A stretch of 64,000 nucleotides of DNA from Candidatus Latescibacterota bacterium (lineage in GTDB: Bacteria > Latescibacterota > UBA2968 > GCA-2709665), in the NCBI GenBank assembly GCA_965219995.1, contig CBDCOX010000002.1, positions 3,968,001 to 4,032,000 of the forward strand. Direction: 5' to 3'. The notes beneath the pieces were generated by a model. That model had not been told where the DNA came from. It did no database searches and saw only the letters and a list, made by a program, of their open reading frames with translations. A program made the translations under genes and the position numbers. Below, in pieces: positions 51,852 through 60,754 of the stretch (its first letter is position 1; every line of letters begins with the position of its first letter).

Positions 51852-51989
51852 TGTTATTTTTCGCCATCGTGTTATTTTATGTATGTACCACGTATGTCCC
51901 GGCTACAACGAGCTTTGGTTTGCGTAACTGGACAAACGGTCCTGCAGTACGTAAATTTAATTTTACCTGAGCCTTCTCTGGAGACCCCT

Positions 51990-52982
51990 ATGCCGAAAAC
52001 ACTGCGTGTCGGGCTGGTCGGATGCGGCGGGCAGACCCGCCTCAATCTCGCCCCGGCTTTCTCCCGGATAGACTCCGCCCGGCTGGTTTCGTGTGCAGAC
52101 GTGGATGAAGCCCGGGCGCGACAGGTGGCTGACGCCTTCGGGATCGAAAATGTACACGTCGATTCACAGGAGGTTACCACCGCCGCCGGCGTGGACGCGG
52201 TGATCGTGGCCGTCCCGCACCGTTTCCTCAAGGACGTGGCGCTCTCGGCGATCGGCGCCGGAAAACACGTGTTTATCGAGAAGCCGATGGGACTGAGCGC
52301 GGCGGAGGGCGCCGAGGTGGTGGAAGCCGCCGAAAGCCAGGGCGTGGTGGCGATGGTGGGCTATTGCATGCGCTATTCGCTCAGCCGGATGTACATCAAA
52401 TCCCTGCTGGACCGGGGCGCGGTGGGAGACGTCGGCTTCGTGGCGGCCGGCAAAGGCGGCGGCCCGCTGGGAGGATGGCTTGGAGGGCCCTGGGCGGAAG
52501 GGGGCGGTCAGCTCTTCTTTCTGGGCTCCCACCTTACCGACCAGGTGCTCTGGATGACGGGCGACGAAGCCGAGGCCGTCTCGGGGACCGTGCGATGGAA
52601 CGCCGGCGGCACGGACGAGACGTCGGCCTATACCGTGCGCCTGAAAGGGGGGGCGGTGGCCACGTTCTCCGTGTCCCAGGCCTCGGGGGTCGGGTACGAT
52701 TTCGTGGACATTTTTGGTACGCGGGGACGGGTTCGGGGCGACTGGAAGGGCGACGTCGTGACCGTGGAGAGCCGGGTGATCCCCGAATACGCGCACCCCA
52801 CCGTCCTGCGCATCCCGGGCGACAACCTGGAAGAGATGTGTTACCGCGAGTTGGCCGCGTTCGTAGACGCTACGCGATCGGGAGCATCTGCTCCCGTCCC
52901 GGTGTCGGACGGCCTGCGCGTGCTCCGGATCCTGGACGCGGTCGTCGCGTCGTCGAATGAGCGAAGCTGGATCGAGGTTTAG
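51990..52982 (+). CDS. Gfo/Idh/MocA family oxidoreductase
   Basis: 'VGLVGCGG', 'GKHVFIEKP', 'GSHLTD'. Confidence 0.9.
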   Translation: MPKTLRVGLVGCGGQTRLNLAPAFSRIDSARLVSCADVDEARARQVADAFGIENVHVDSQEVTTAAGVDAVIVAVPHRFLKDVALSAIGAGKHVFIEKPMGLSAAEGAEVVEAAESQGVVAMVGYCMRYSLSRMYIKSLLDRGAVGDVGFVAAGKGGGPLGGWLGGPWAEGGGQLFFLGSHLTDQVLWMTGDEAEAVSGTVRWNAGGTDETSAYTVRLKGGAVATFSVSQASGVGYDFVDIFGTRGRVRGDWKGDVVTVESRVIPEYAHPTVLRIPGDNLEEMCYRELAAFVDATRSGASAPVPVSDGLRVLRILDAVVASSNERSWIEV

Positions 52983-52995
52983 CGGGTGGAAACCG

Positions 52996-53067
52996 AAAAT
53001 CGGCTCACACGGAGACACAAAGACACAAAGGGAACCCTGAAACACCCGAAAGGCGGGCAACCACAAG
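52996..53067. repeat. Dispersed repeat D, copy 1 (ACACAAAG iterations plus truncated REP-like hairpin)
   Basis: 29 bp (53003-53031) identical to 58022-58050, followed by similar sequence. Confidence 0.75.
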
Positions 53068-53069
53068 AG

Positions 53070-53193
53070 GCGGGGAGAAGGAAGACGTGAGAGATCGCCT
53101 GCCGTATGCGGGTTCATTTCTTGCCGGAGGCGTAAGGGTAGATCCGATCGGGCAAGGATGTCATCTACCGGCTCACGGCTTACGTCTCACCGC
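53070..53193. repeat. Palindromic element, copy B
   Basis: Core 53119-53158 matches the copy A core at 34/40 positions; AGACG/CGTCT-type arms. Confidence 0.75.
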
Positions 53194-53265
53194 TTTTGAA
53201 AAGGGCAGCGGAATAGGGGAATTCAGGGGGTTGGGGGAGATGATACCTCAATCAAGGACATACAC

Positions 53266-54459
53266 GTGCCAGCCGTAGCGCAAAACAACTGGAAAAATCA
53301 CACGGTGATCCGTCTGAATCCGGACGGAGAACCGATTGAACGCCCGGCCCGATCGCAGATTGTGACCGAAAGCTGGAACCGGGTGACGGCAGTGCCGCAC
53401 ATTGTGTATATGCCGGAGAAGGACCGGGTGCTGATGCTGCTGAGCTGCGACTACCCCGGCAGTCCCTGGGTACACTTCGCCATGGTGCTCTTCAGCGACG
53501 ATCGTGGCGCCACGTGGAGCGAACCCGCCTGCGTACACACCGACGCGCAAGGCAACCCCGCCTGCGGGTTGGGACACGGACTGACCAACCTGGGGGGCGG
53601 CAGGTTGATGCTGTATTCGTGCCATCCGCCCGCGAGGTGGTTCAGCGACGATAATGGAGCGACATGGGGTGACACTGTGCCCGTGGAACCGGCGCCCAAC
53701 GGGAGAACGTGGATGGCCTGGGACCCGGCTCTGGTGGACAGAGATCCACAGTCGGGACGGGTAACGCGGCTGATGGAAACCGGCTACTGGGGCGATTCCG
53801 GGACCATGGACTCGCAGGCCTACGTCAGATTCAGCGCGGACGGCGGCCGAACGTGGACCGGCGCCCATCATGTACCGGAGTTCGAAGGCGTCAACGAGGT
53901 CTGCCCCGTTCGAGCGGCAAACGGCGATATCGTCGCAACCTGCCGGACGGACCCCCCGAAAGCGCTCAAGCCCCATCAGTTCGATCACTACGAAGGGTTC
54001 GGCGTTTCCATCTCCCGGGACAACGGCTATACCTGGAGCGAGGTCCGGCAACTCTACGACTGGGGACGCCACCACGCCAGTCTGGCGCTTTTGCCGTGTG
54101 GGTCCATTGTAGCTACATACGTGGTCCGGCTGGGCTATCCGGACACCGCTGACGGGTTTCCGCGCTTCGGCATCGAGGCGGTCGTGAGCCGCGACAACGG
54201 ACAGACATGGGACCTGGACTGCCGCTATGTCCTTGCCGAGTGGACCGGAAACAGGAAGGGATCGCCCTCGCCCGCGGGAAAGCTGCGCTCCGGAGGGTGG
54301 CATGCAAGCCCTCACACCACGTCCACTCTGGTGCTCCCGGACGGCTCGATCCTGACCGCCTACGGGACGGGGTATCGCCAGCGGGACGACGCCTTCGGAC
54401 CCGGTCTGTACGGGCCGCGGGACGTCGGCCTGGTCAGGTGGAATGTCGAAAGAGGATAG
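53266..54459 (+). CDS. BNR/Asp-box (sialidase-like) beta-propeller protein
   Basis: Five Asp-boxes: SDDRGATW, SDDNGATW, SADGGRTW, SRDNGYTW, SRDNGQTW. Confidence 0.85.
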   Translation: MPAVAQNNWKNHTVIRLNPDGEPIERPARSQIVTESWNRVTAVPHIVYMPEKDRVLMLLSCDYPGSPWVHFAMVLFSDDRGATWSEPACVHTDAQGNPACGLGHGLTNLGGGRLMLYSCHPPARWFSDDNGATWGDTVPVEPAPNGRTWMAWDPALVDRDPQSGRVTRLMETGYWGDSGTMDSQAYVRFSADGGRTWTGAHHVPEFEGVNEVCPVRAANGDIVATCRTDPPKALKPHQFDHYEGFGVSISRDNGYTWSEVRQLYDWGRHHASLALLPCGSIVATYVVRLGYPDTADGFPRFGIEAVVSRDNGQTWDLDCRYVLAEWTGNRKGSPSPAGKLRSGGWHASPHTTSTLVLPDGSILTAYGTGYRQRDDAFGPGLYGPRDVGLVRWNVERG

Positions 54460-54537
54460 ATTCGCCGCGCCGGCAGCATCTGCGCGTTTCCGCGGACTCA
54501 CTGAAAAGGCCGGTTCGGCACAGCGAAAGGGGCGGGT

Positions 54538-55308
54538 ATGATCAGCGATCAACAGGTCGAATTCTTCCGGACATTCGGCTTTCTTCCGCTTCGCGAAGCA
54601 TTCAATCCGGAGGAGATGGCCGCCATCGGCGACACGTTCGACGACATGCTGGAAAAAGACCGCGAGGGTCAGCCTTTTCCGGGGGAGAAACGACAGGCGC
54701 TCTACGGCATTGCCGAGCGCAACCCTCTGCTGACGGAACTCGTCGAGGACGGCCGCATCTATGAAACCGTGGAGCGCCTTCTGGGACCCGGGTTTCACTG
54801 GCTGTGTTCCGAGGGCAATCTGTACGTGGGCGAAACGGAATGGCATCCCGACGGCAGCCGGCTGAATTATCCGCCGATGAAGGTCTCTCTATATCTGGAT
54901 GCCCTCACAAAGAGTACGGGCTGCCTGCGGGTGATTCCGGGGTCGCACCGGCTGCCGTTTCACGAGGCGCTGAGGCCCATGGAAAAGATGGGCGTGCCCG
55001 GCGCGGACGTGCCGTGCTATTTCCTGGAATCCAGTCCGGGAGACGTTCTGTTCCTGAACATGAACATCTGGCATGCGGCGTACGGCGGCGCGGCGGGAAG
55101 ACGCCACCTGGCGGTGAATTTCGTTCCCGAGGCCACGGAACCCGAACACGTCGAGATTCTGAAAAGGAACCACAGGGTCCTGATTGACCTGATGGAGCGG
55201 TACCAGTACAGCCGGCCGGGCCGGGCTTTCACCGACGACTTCCTGAATAGCGAAAAGCCGCGTATCCGCCGCATGGCCTCGAAGTGGGTCGAACTCGGAC
55301 TGCAATAG
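54538..55308 (+). CDS. Phytanoyl-CoA dioxygenase (PhyH) family Fe(II)/2OG enzyme
   Basis: 'FFRTFGFL', HxD in 'WHPD', 'GCLRVIPGSH', 'PGDVLF...WHA'. Confidence 0.85.
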   Translation: MISDQQVEFFRTFGFLPLREAFNPEEMAAIGDTFDDMLEKDREGQPFPGEKRQALYGIAERNPLLTELVEDGRIYETVERLLGPGFHWLCSEGNLYVGETEWHPDGSRLNYPPMKVSLYLDALTKSTGCLRVIPGSHRLPFHEALRPMEKMGVPGADVPCYFLESSPGDVLFLNMNIWHAAYGGAAGRRHLAVNFVPEATEPEHVEILKRNHRVLIDLMERYQYSRPGRAFTDDFLNSEKPRIRRMASKWVELGLQ

Positions 55309-55335
55309 GCCTGGCGGAAGCGCGGGGTGACCGGA

Positions 55336-56307
55336 ATGCGCAAAGAGATCCGGATTTCCGAACGGGACGGTTTCGCCAGAAGAAACTTTCCCTGTGCGGT
55401 AGAGATGTGCTTTGAGCCAGGCGAGTTCCAGGCGGACGGTTCGTCGCGAATGCTGGACTCGGAGGGGGAACCGCGCCCCGTGCAGGTGGACGCACTGGAG
55501 TCCTGGGACGATGGCAGCATGAGGACCGCGGAGGTCTCGTTTCCGGTCCGGCTGGCTGCCGGAGGAGCGGAGGTCCTTGCATTCGAATTCGGAGACGGGA
55601 CGCCGCCGCCCCCGAGGCAGACGAACCCGATCAAGGTCCGCGATCGTAAAGACCCGATCGAGGTGCAGCAGGGGCCGGTAATCTACCAGGTCCGGAAGTG
55701 GCGTTTCAACTTCGTGGAGAATGTGATCTTCGACGGCAGGGCGTTTCACGGACCCGGAGCGCCCGGGCCGGCGCTTCTCCGCAAGGACGGCAGGATCCTG
55801 TTCCCGTCCGGCGAGGTCCGGATCGATATCGAGACGCAGGGTCCCCGCACGGCCCGCCTGCGAGTGGACGGGAACTACGGCGGCGGGTATGAGTTTGTCG
55901 CGTATCTGACCTTTTATTCGGGCGTTTCCTGGTTCAGGGTGGAACACGAGATCGTGTCTGGCGATGTGTCGCAAATTGCGTCACTCGTCGTCGAAAGTAC
56001 CTTCGACCTGCCGGATGCGCCGCTTATCTGCGCATTCGGAGCACGTCAACGGGCCGATGGCGAAGGTACGAGCTGGGCCGTGGTAACGGACAATGCGGCG
56101 ACGGTGGACGTTGCGGCTGTTGGCGCGTGGTCCGGGAAAGACACCGTCCGCTACGAAGTCGAAGCCAACGGACGCTTCCGGACGCTGTTTCCCTGCCTCG
56201 AGAAGCCCGCGATCCTGTATATGCATTACCTGACGACTCCCCCGATGGACCATCACCATACGCCGGCGGCGGCGATGGCCACGGACCCGGAGTGCCAGGT
56301 GATATAA
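55336..56307 (+). CDS. Hypothetical protein resembling the N-terminal beta-domains of YetA/PcRGLX-like lyases
   Basis: 'G.PRPVQV..L.SWDDGS.R.A.V.F' and 'IETQGP..A.LRVDG.Y' patterns; weak assignment. Confidence 0.5.
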   Translation: MRKEIRISERDGFARRNFPCAVEMCFEPGEFQADGSSRMLDSEGEPRPVQVDALESWDDGSMRTAEVSFPVRLAAGGAEVLAFEFGDGTPPPPRQTNPIKVRDRKDPIEVQQGPVIYQVRKWRFNFVENVIFDGRAFHGPGAPGPALLRKDGRILFPSGEVRIDIETQGPRTARLRVDGNYGGGYEFVAYLTFYSGVSWFRVEHEIVSGDVSQIASLVVESTFDLPDAPLICAFGARQRADGEGTSWAVVTDNAATVDVAAVGAWSGKDTVRYEVEANGRFRTLFPCLEKPAILYMHYLTTPPMDHHHTPAAAMATDPECQVI

Positions 56308-56326
56308 CGCTGAGACGGGCGCAATT

Positions 56327-57379
56327 GTGAGCGAAACGACCTACCGCGTGGGAATCATCGGCTGCGGTCGCATGGCCAGTACGATGGACGACGAAAAGCG
56401 CCGCCAGCCGGGTCGGGTGCCCCAGCCTGGAGTCCTGGCGGCCGCCTATGGTCAGGTGGAGCGGACAGAAGTGGTTGCCGTGGCGGACATCAACCGGGAC
56501 CGGCTGGCCGACTTTTCCACCCGCTGGGGTGTGCAGCGTCTCTATTCCGACTATCGCGACATGCTGGAGGCGGAGTCGCTGGACATCGTCAGCGTTGCCA
56601 CGCACGCGAACCTGCACGCCGAGATGACGGTGGCGGCCGCCCAGGCGGGCGCGAAGGCCGTCCTGTGCGAGAAGGCGATGGCAACCAGCCTGCGCGACGC
56701 GGACCGGATGATCGACGCGTTCCGAAAGTCAGGAACGATCCTGTCGGTCCTCTATCACAACCGGTGGGACCCTCTGATGGTCCGCGTGAGAGACCTGGTT
56801 CGGGAAGGCGCGATCGGGGAGTTGATCAGCATCGCGGGCAACATGGGTCCCGAACTGGTGCACGAGGGAACGCACATGTTCGACCTGATGCGGTTCTGGT
56901 CCGGTGACGAGGCGGCCTGGGTGTTCGGGCAGTTGGACGGGGGGCGGGATCCGGCAGATGATCCGGGGGGAAGCGGGTATATCCGATTCAAAAGGGGGAT
57001 GCACGCCTTCGTGAACGCGGTGGAAGGATCTCCGGTGGGATTCGAGTTCGATCTGGTGGGTACCATGGGCAGGATCCGGATCGGCTACCACGTGGACGAA
57101 CTCTGGACCGTGGAGGAAGGCCTGTACGAAGGACGGGCGCTGCTGGGGCGGAAGATCCCGCAGAATATCGAAGCCAGGAGCGGCGTGATCAAGGCGATCG
57201 AGGACCTGGTAACGTGCATCGAAGAGGGAAATGCGCCTGCATGCGCGGGCGAGGATGGCCGCAAGGCCCTGGAGATCGCGCTGGCCTTTCACGTTTCCCA
57301 CCGCGAAGGCGGCGCGAAAGTCGAGTTGCCGCTGGAAGACTCGTCTCTGTCGGTGACGAATCCGAAGTACTATAGTTGA
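56327..57379 (+). CDS. Gfo/Idh/MocA family oxidoreductase
   Basis: 'VGIIGCG', 'AVLCEKA', 'GTHMFD'. Confidence 0.9.
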   Translation: MSETTYRVGIIGCGRMASTMDDEKRRQPGRVPQPGVLAAAYGQVERTEVVAVADINRDRLADFSTRWGVQRLYSDYRDMLEAESLDIVSVATHANLHAEMTVAAAQAGAKAVLCEKAMATSLRDADRMIDAFRKSGTILSVLYHNRWDPLMVRVRDLVREGAIGELISIAGNMGPELVHEGTHMFDLMRFWSGDEAAWVFGQLDGGRDPADDPGGSGYIRFKRGMHAFVNAVEGSPVGFEFDLVGTMGRIRIGYHVDELWTVEEGLYEGRALLGRKIPQNIEARSGVIKAIEDLVTCIEEGNAPACAGEDGRKALEIALAFHVSHREGGAKVELPLEDSSLSVTNPKYYS

Positions 57380-57395
57380 GGAAAACAGCTAAAGT

Positions 57396-57645
57396 CGGTG
57401 AGACGGGAGAGGTGAGACGGGAGATGATATCAGTGCCCTATGGTCTTTCTTATCGTTACGATAACGGTAAATAAACAGGCACGGTTTATATGGAAACACT
57501 GCTGTAAATGTCTTCATCTACCGTCTACCGGCTCACGTCTAACGGGTTTTATTGCCCCGTGCGGTTTCATTTCTTGCCGGAGGCAAAATGGAAGAACCAA
57601 TCGGGCAAGGACGTCTTCTCCCGTCTCCCGTCTACCCTCTCCCCG
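57396..57645. repeat. Palindromic element, copy C (composite, with an extra internal arm)
   Basis: Core 57572-57611 matches copy A at 38/40; left arm CGGTGAGACGGGAGAGGTGAGACGGGAGATGAT; two right-arm-like segments. Confidence 0.75.
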
Positions 57646-57738
57646 CCTTTAGGTGACCTCTCCCCCCGGCCCCATCTCCCGGAGGGAAAGCGGGCAATTG
57701 AACAAGAAACCCGCTCACAACAATTGGAGGAGACGCTC

Positions 57739-57957
57739 ATGAGAGACCACTATGATTTCTCAGAGATGGAGGGACGCAAGAATCCCTACGTCAAGCACCT
57801 GAAGCAGCCGGTCACCATGCGGCTCGATCGGGACACGGTCTCCTATTTCAAGGATATGGCGGCTGAAGAAGGGATACCGTACCAGACCCTGATCAATCTC
57901 TACCTTCGCGATTGCGCGGTCCATAAGCGAAAGCTGCAGATGAAGTGGGCGACGTAG
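57739..57957 (+). CDS. BrnA-like antitoxin (CopG/RHH type), no intact toxin partner
   Basis: 'MRDHYDFS...KNPY...LKQPVTMRLD...YFK.MA.E.GIPYQTLINLYLRDC'; GGAGG RBS. Confidence 0.85.
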   Translation: MRDHYDFSEMEGRKNPYVKHLKQPVTMRLDRDTVSYFKDMAAEEGIPYQTLINLYLRDCAVHKRKLQMKWAT

Positions 57958-58014
57958 CGCTTCGCCATTCAAGTGACCCGGAGCCCTCCCCGATGGACTG
58001 GTGCAGGCCATAGA

Positions 58015-58098
58015 AAAATCAGCTCACACGGAGACACAAAGACACAAAGGAAATCCGGAACAACGACGAAGGCGGGCGACCACAAGGATCGCCCCTAC
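58015..58098. repeat. Dispersed repeat D, copy 2, ending in a GTAG-type REP hairpin
   Basis: GGGCGACCACAAGGATCGCCCCTAC (58074-58098), i.e. GTAG foot on the minus strand. Confidence 0.7.
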
Positions 58099-58234
58099 GA
58101 CTTCAGCGGTCGCGCAGACCTCTCCCGGAAGGAATGCCGGAGGAAAACCAGCAACTTGCCGTTTGCAGCCAGCTAAACCCGGTCAGCGAGATGGATCCGC
58201 GATATCGATTTACGGATGTGCGGTATTGTTGTCG

Positions 58235-58254
58235 GGGCGGTTCGCGAACCGCCC
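58235..58254. repeat. Perfect 20-bp palindrome, REP-like
   Basis: GGGCGGTTCGCGAACCGCCC preceded by GTCG. Confidence 0.6.
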
Positions 58255-58298
58255 GTGGGACTCTTGTACCTGCGTGATCATTCGAAAGGAGTTACAGG

Positions 58299-60704
58299 AT
58301 GATCGGTATTATGGTCATTATTGGAGCGGTCTTGCTGCTCGCGGCGACGTCGCGTTATGCCGTGGCCCGGCAGCCCGAGCTCGACGAGACGCCCGCGCGG
58401 CCCGGCGAGTGGGGGTTCCGCCCCGCCAACGGGAGCGTCTCACAGGTGACGCCGCCGGGGTTTTCCTGGCGGCCGCAGAAGAATGCCGCGAGCTACGACC
58501 TTCAGTGCGCGCGTGAAAGCGGCTTCGGAGACGTGGCGTATGAAGCGAGCGGCGTGACGTTCAACGTCCACTGTCCGCCACAGACGTTGCCCGCGGGCCG
58601 CTGGTTCTGGCGATTCCGCTCTCACGATGAGTCGGGTGCGGTTTCCGAATGGAGCCGGGAGCGGGCGTTTACGATTGCAACAGATGCAAACGCGCTTCCG
58701 CTGCCCTCGCGCGAGGACCTGCTGGCGCGCATTCCCGCGGGTCATCCCCGGCTGTTTGTACGGCCGGAGCAGATACCGGAACTCCGGCGGCGCGCCGGAA
58801 CGGACCTGGCGGGTAAATACGAAGAACTCGTGGCGGCCTCGGAGAAACTGCTCGAGAATCCGCCGCCCACCGAAGAGCCGCCGCTCTACCCCGAAGGCAC
58901 GGTGCGGCTGAGCGAGGAGTGGCGGGCCATCTGGTGGCCGAACCGGGAGTATACGATTGCCGCTCTGAACGGCGCGGCGACCCTGGCATTCACCCGGCTG
59001 CTGGGCGGGCGCGAGGAATACGGGCAACTCGCCCGGAAGATCCTGATGGCCTGCGCCGAATGGGACCCGAAAGGGGCGACGGGATTCAAGTACAACGACG
59101 AAGCCGGAATGCCCTACGCGTACTATTTCTCACGGACGTACAGCTACCTCAACGATATTCTGACGGAGGACGAAAAGAAAAAGTGCCGGCGGGTGATGAG
59201 GGTCAGGGGCAATGAAATGAACGCGCATCTGAATCCGCGCTTCCTCTGGCGTCCGTACGGGAGTCACGACACCCGGTCCTGGCATTTTCTGGGTGAGGTG
59301 GGCATCGCGTTTCTGGACGAGATTCCGGAGGCGGCCGACTGGGTGTGGTTCGCCGCGAACGTGTTCGCCAACACGTATCCGGTCTGGAGCGATGACGACG
59401 GGGGCTGGCACCAGGGCATGGGCTACTGGAGGAGTTACATCCAGCGGTTTACCTGGTGGGCGGATATCATGCGCGAGGCCATGGGCGTCGATGCCTTCGA
59501 TAAGCCCTATTTCTCAAAGGTCGGTTACTATCCGATGTACCTCCAGCCGCCCGGTACGCGGGGAGGCGGTTTCGGGGACCTGACGGCGCATCTCGTATCC
59601 GCGCAGAACCGCGGCGTGATGGCCCTCTTCGCGGCAATGGCGCAGAATCCGTACTGGCAGTGGTACGTGGAGGCGCACGGCGACTTGCCGTCCGAACCCG
59701 GCTATATCGGCTTTGTCCGGGGCGCACTGCCCAGGGTGGAATCGAAACGGCCTGTCGACCTGCCCACCTCGCGCTGTTTCCGCGGCACGGGCCAGGCCGT
59801 GTTCAATACCGATCTGGAAGATGCCCGCAAGAACGTGGAGCTGATTTTCAAGAGCAGTCCGCTCGGGTCCCACAGCCACGGGTACGAAGCCCAGAATTCC
59901 TTTCTCCTCTATGCCTTCGGAGAACGGCTGCTGATTCGCACGGGCAGGCGGGACATCCACGGCAGCGAGCATCACAGGCGCTGGATGCACCATACGAAAT
60001 CGGTCAACTGCATCACGGTCAATGGAGACGGGCAGTTGCCGAATTCCAGCGACGCCCAGGGCGAAATCCTGGACTTCCACACGTCGGCGCAGTTCGATTA
60101 CGTGGCCGGAGAGGCGTCCCGCGCGTATGCCGGTAAACTGGAGCGGTTCACCCGGCGCATCCTGTTTGTGAAACCGGAAGCGGTCCTCATCTTCGATACG
60201 GTGCGAGCGCCCGAGCCCGCGAGCTTCGAGTGGCGGCTGCACGCTCCCGTGGAGATGGACGTCCGGAACCAGCGGGACGTCCGGGTGGTCAACGGGGCCG
60301 CCGGTTGCCGGGTGTCGTTTCTGTGGCCGGATGGGTTGAAACTGGACCAGACCGACCGGTTCGATCCTCCGCCTCGCGCCCGTATCAAACTGGTGGAATA
60401 TCATCTGACGGCGATTCCCTCCGCGCCTGCCGGCGAACGTACATTCGTGACGCTTCTCAGGCCCCACCGGTCCGCCGACGTGTTGATCGGCGACGCGGAA
60501 CTGGTGAAAATCGACGGCGGGTACGCGGTCACCATTCCGCTGACGGAAGGCCGCGCGGGAGTACTCCTGCAGCCGTCCGGAGGCAGCGTCGTGGAAGGGG
60601 CAGGCCTCAGGACCGACGGCGAGGTCGGCGCGGCCACGTTCGACGATCGAGGAGAGGTGAAAGAGACGTTTGTGGCATCAGGCAAGCTTGTTGAAGCCAT
60701 GTGA
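58299..60704 (+). CDS. DUF4962 plus heparinase II/III-like polysaccharide lyase (paralog of 11255..13597) with N-terminal signal/anchor
   Basis: 'TPPGFSW', 'HPRLFV', 'WDPKGAT...NDEA', 'GGWHQG..YW', 'SHSHG..AQNSF'; hydrophobic N-terminus. Confidence 0.8.
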   Translation: MIGIMVIIGAVLLLAATSRYAVARQPELDETPARPGEWGFRPANGSVSQVTPPGFSWRPQKNAASYDLQCARESGFGDVAYEASGVTFNVHCPPQTLPAGRWFWRFRSHDESGAVSEWSRERAFTIATDANALPLPSREDLLARIPAGHPRLFVRPEQIPELRRRAGTDLAGKYEELVAASEKLLENPPPTEEPPLYPEGTVRLSEEWRAIWWPNREYTIAALNGAATLAFTRLLGGREEYGQLARKILMACAEWDPKGATGFKYNDEAGMPYAYYFSRTYSYLNDILTEDEKKKCRRVMRVRGNEMNAHLNPRFLWRPYGSHDTRSWHFLGEVGIAFLDEIPEAADWVWFAANVFANTYPVWSDDDGGWHQGMGYWRSYIQRFTWWADIMREAMGVDAFDKPYFSKVGYYPMYLQPPGTRGGGFGDLTAHLVSAQNRGVMALFAAMAQNPYWQWYVEAHGDLPSEPGYIGFVRGALPRVESKRPVDLPTSRCFRGTGQAVFNTDLEDARKNVELIFKSSPLGSHSHGYEAQNSFLLYAFGERLLIRTGRRDIHGSEHHRRWMHHTKSVNCITVNGDGQLPNSSDAQGEILDFHTSAQFDYVAGEASRAYAGKLERFTRRILFVKPEAVLIFDTVRAPEPASFEWRLHAPVEMDVRNQRDVRVVNGAAGCRVSFLWPDGLKLDQTDRFDPPPRARIKLVEYHLTAIPSAPAGERTFVTLLRPHRSADVLIGDAELVKIDGGYAVTIPLTEGRAGVLLQPSGGSVVEGAGLRTDGEVGAATFDDRGEVKETFVASGKLVEAM

Positions 60705-60754
60705 TCCGCTCGAAGGGTTGCAGTTTTCTGAAGGAATGACGCGAGGTGAAGACA

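Noticed and set aside
57508-57738. 149-aa version of the antitoxin ORF
   Set aside because: The extension translates repeat DNA; the RBS and family length support the ATG at 57739
22948-58254. Intergenic repeats as a CRISPR array
   Set aside because: Copies are dispersed, not regularly spaced with unique spacers, and there are no cas genes
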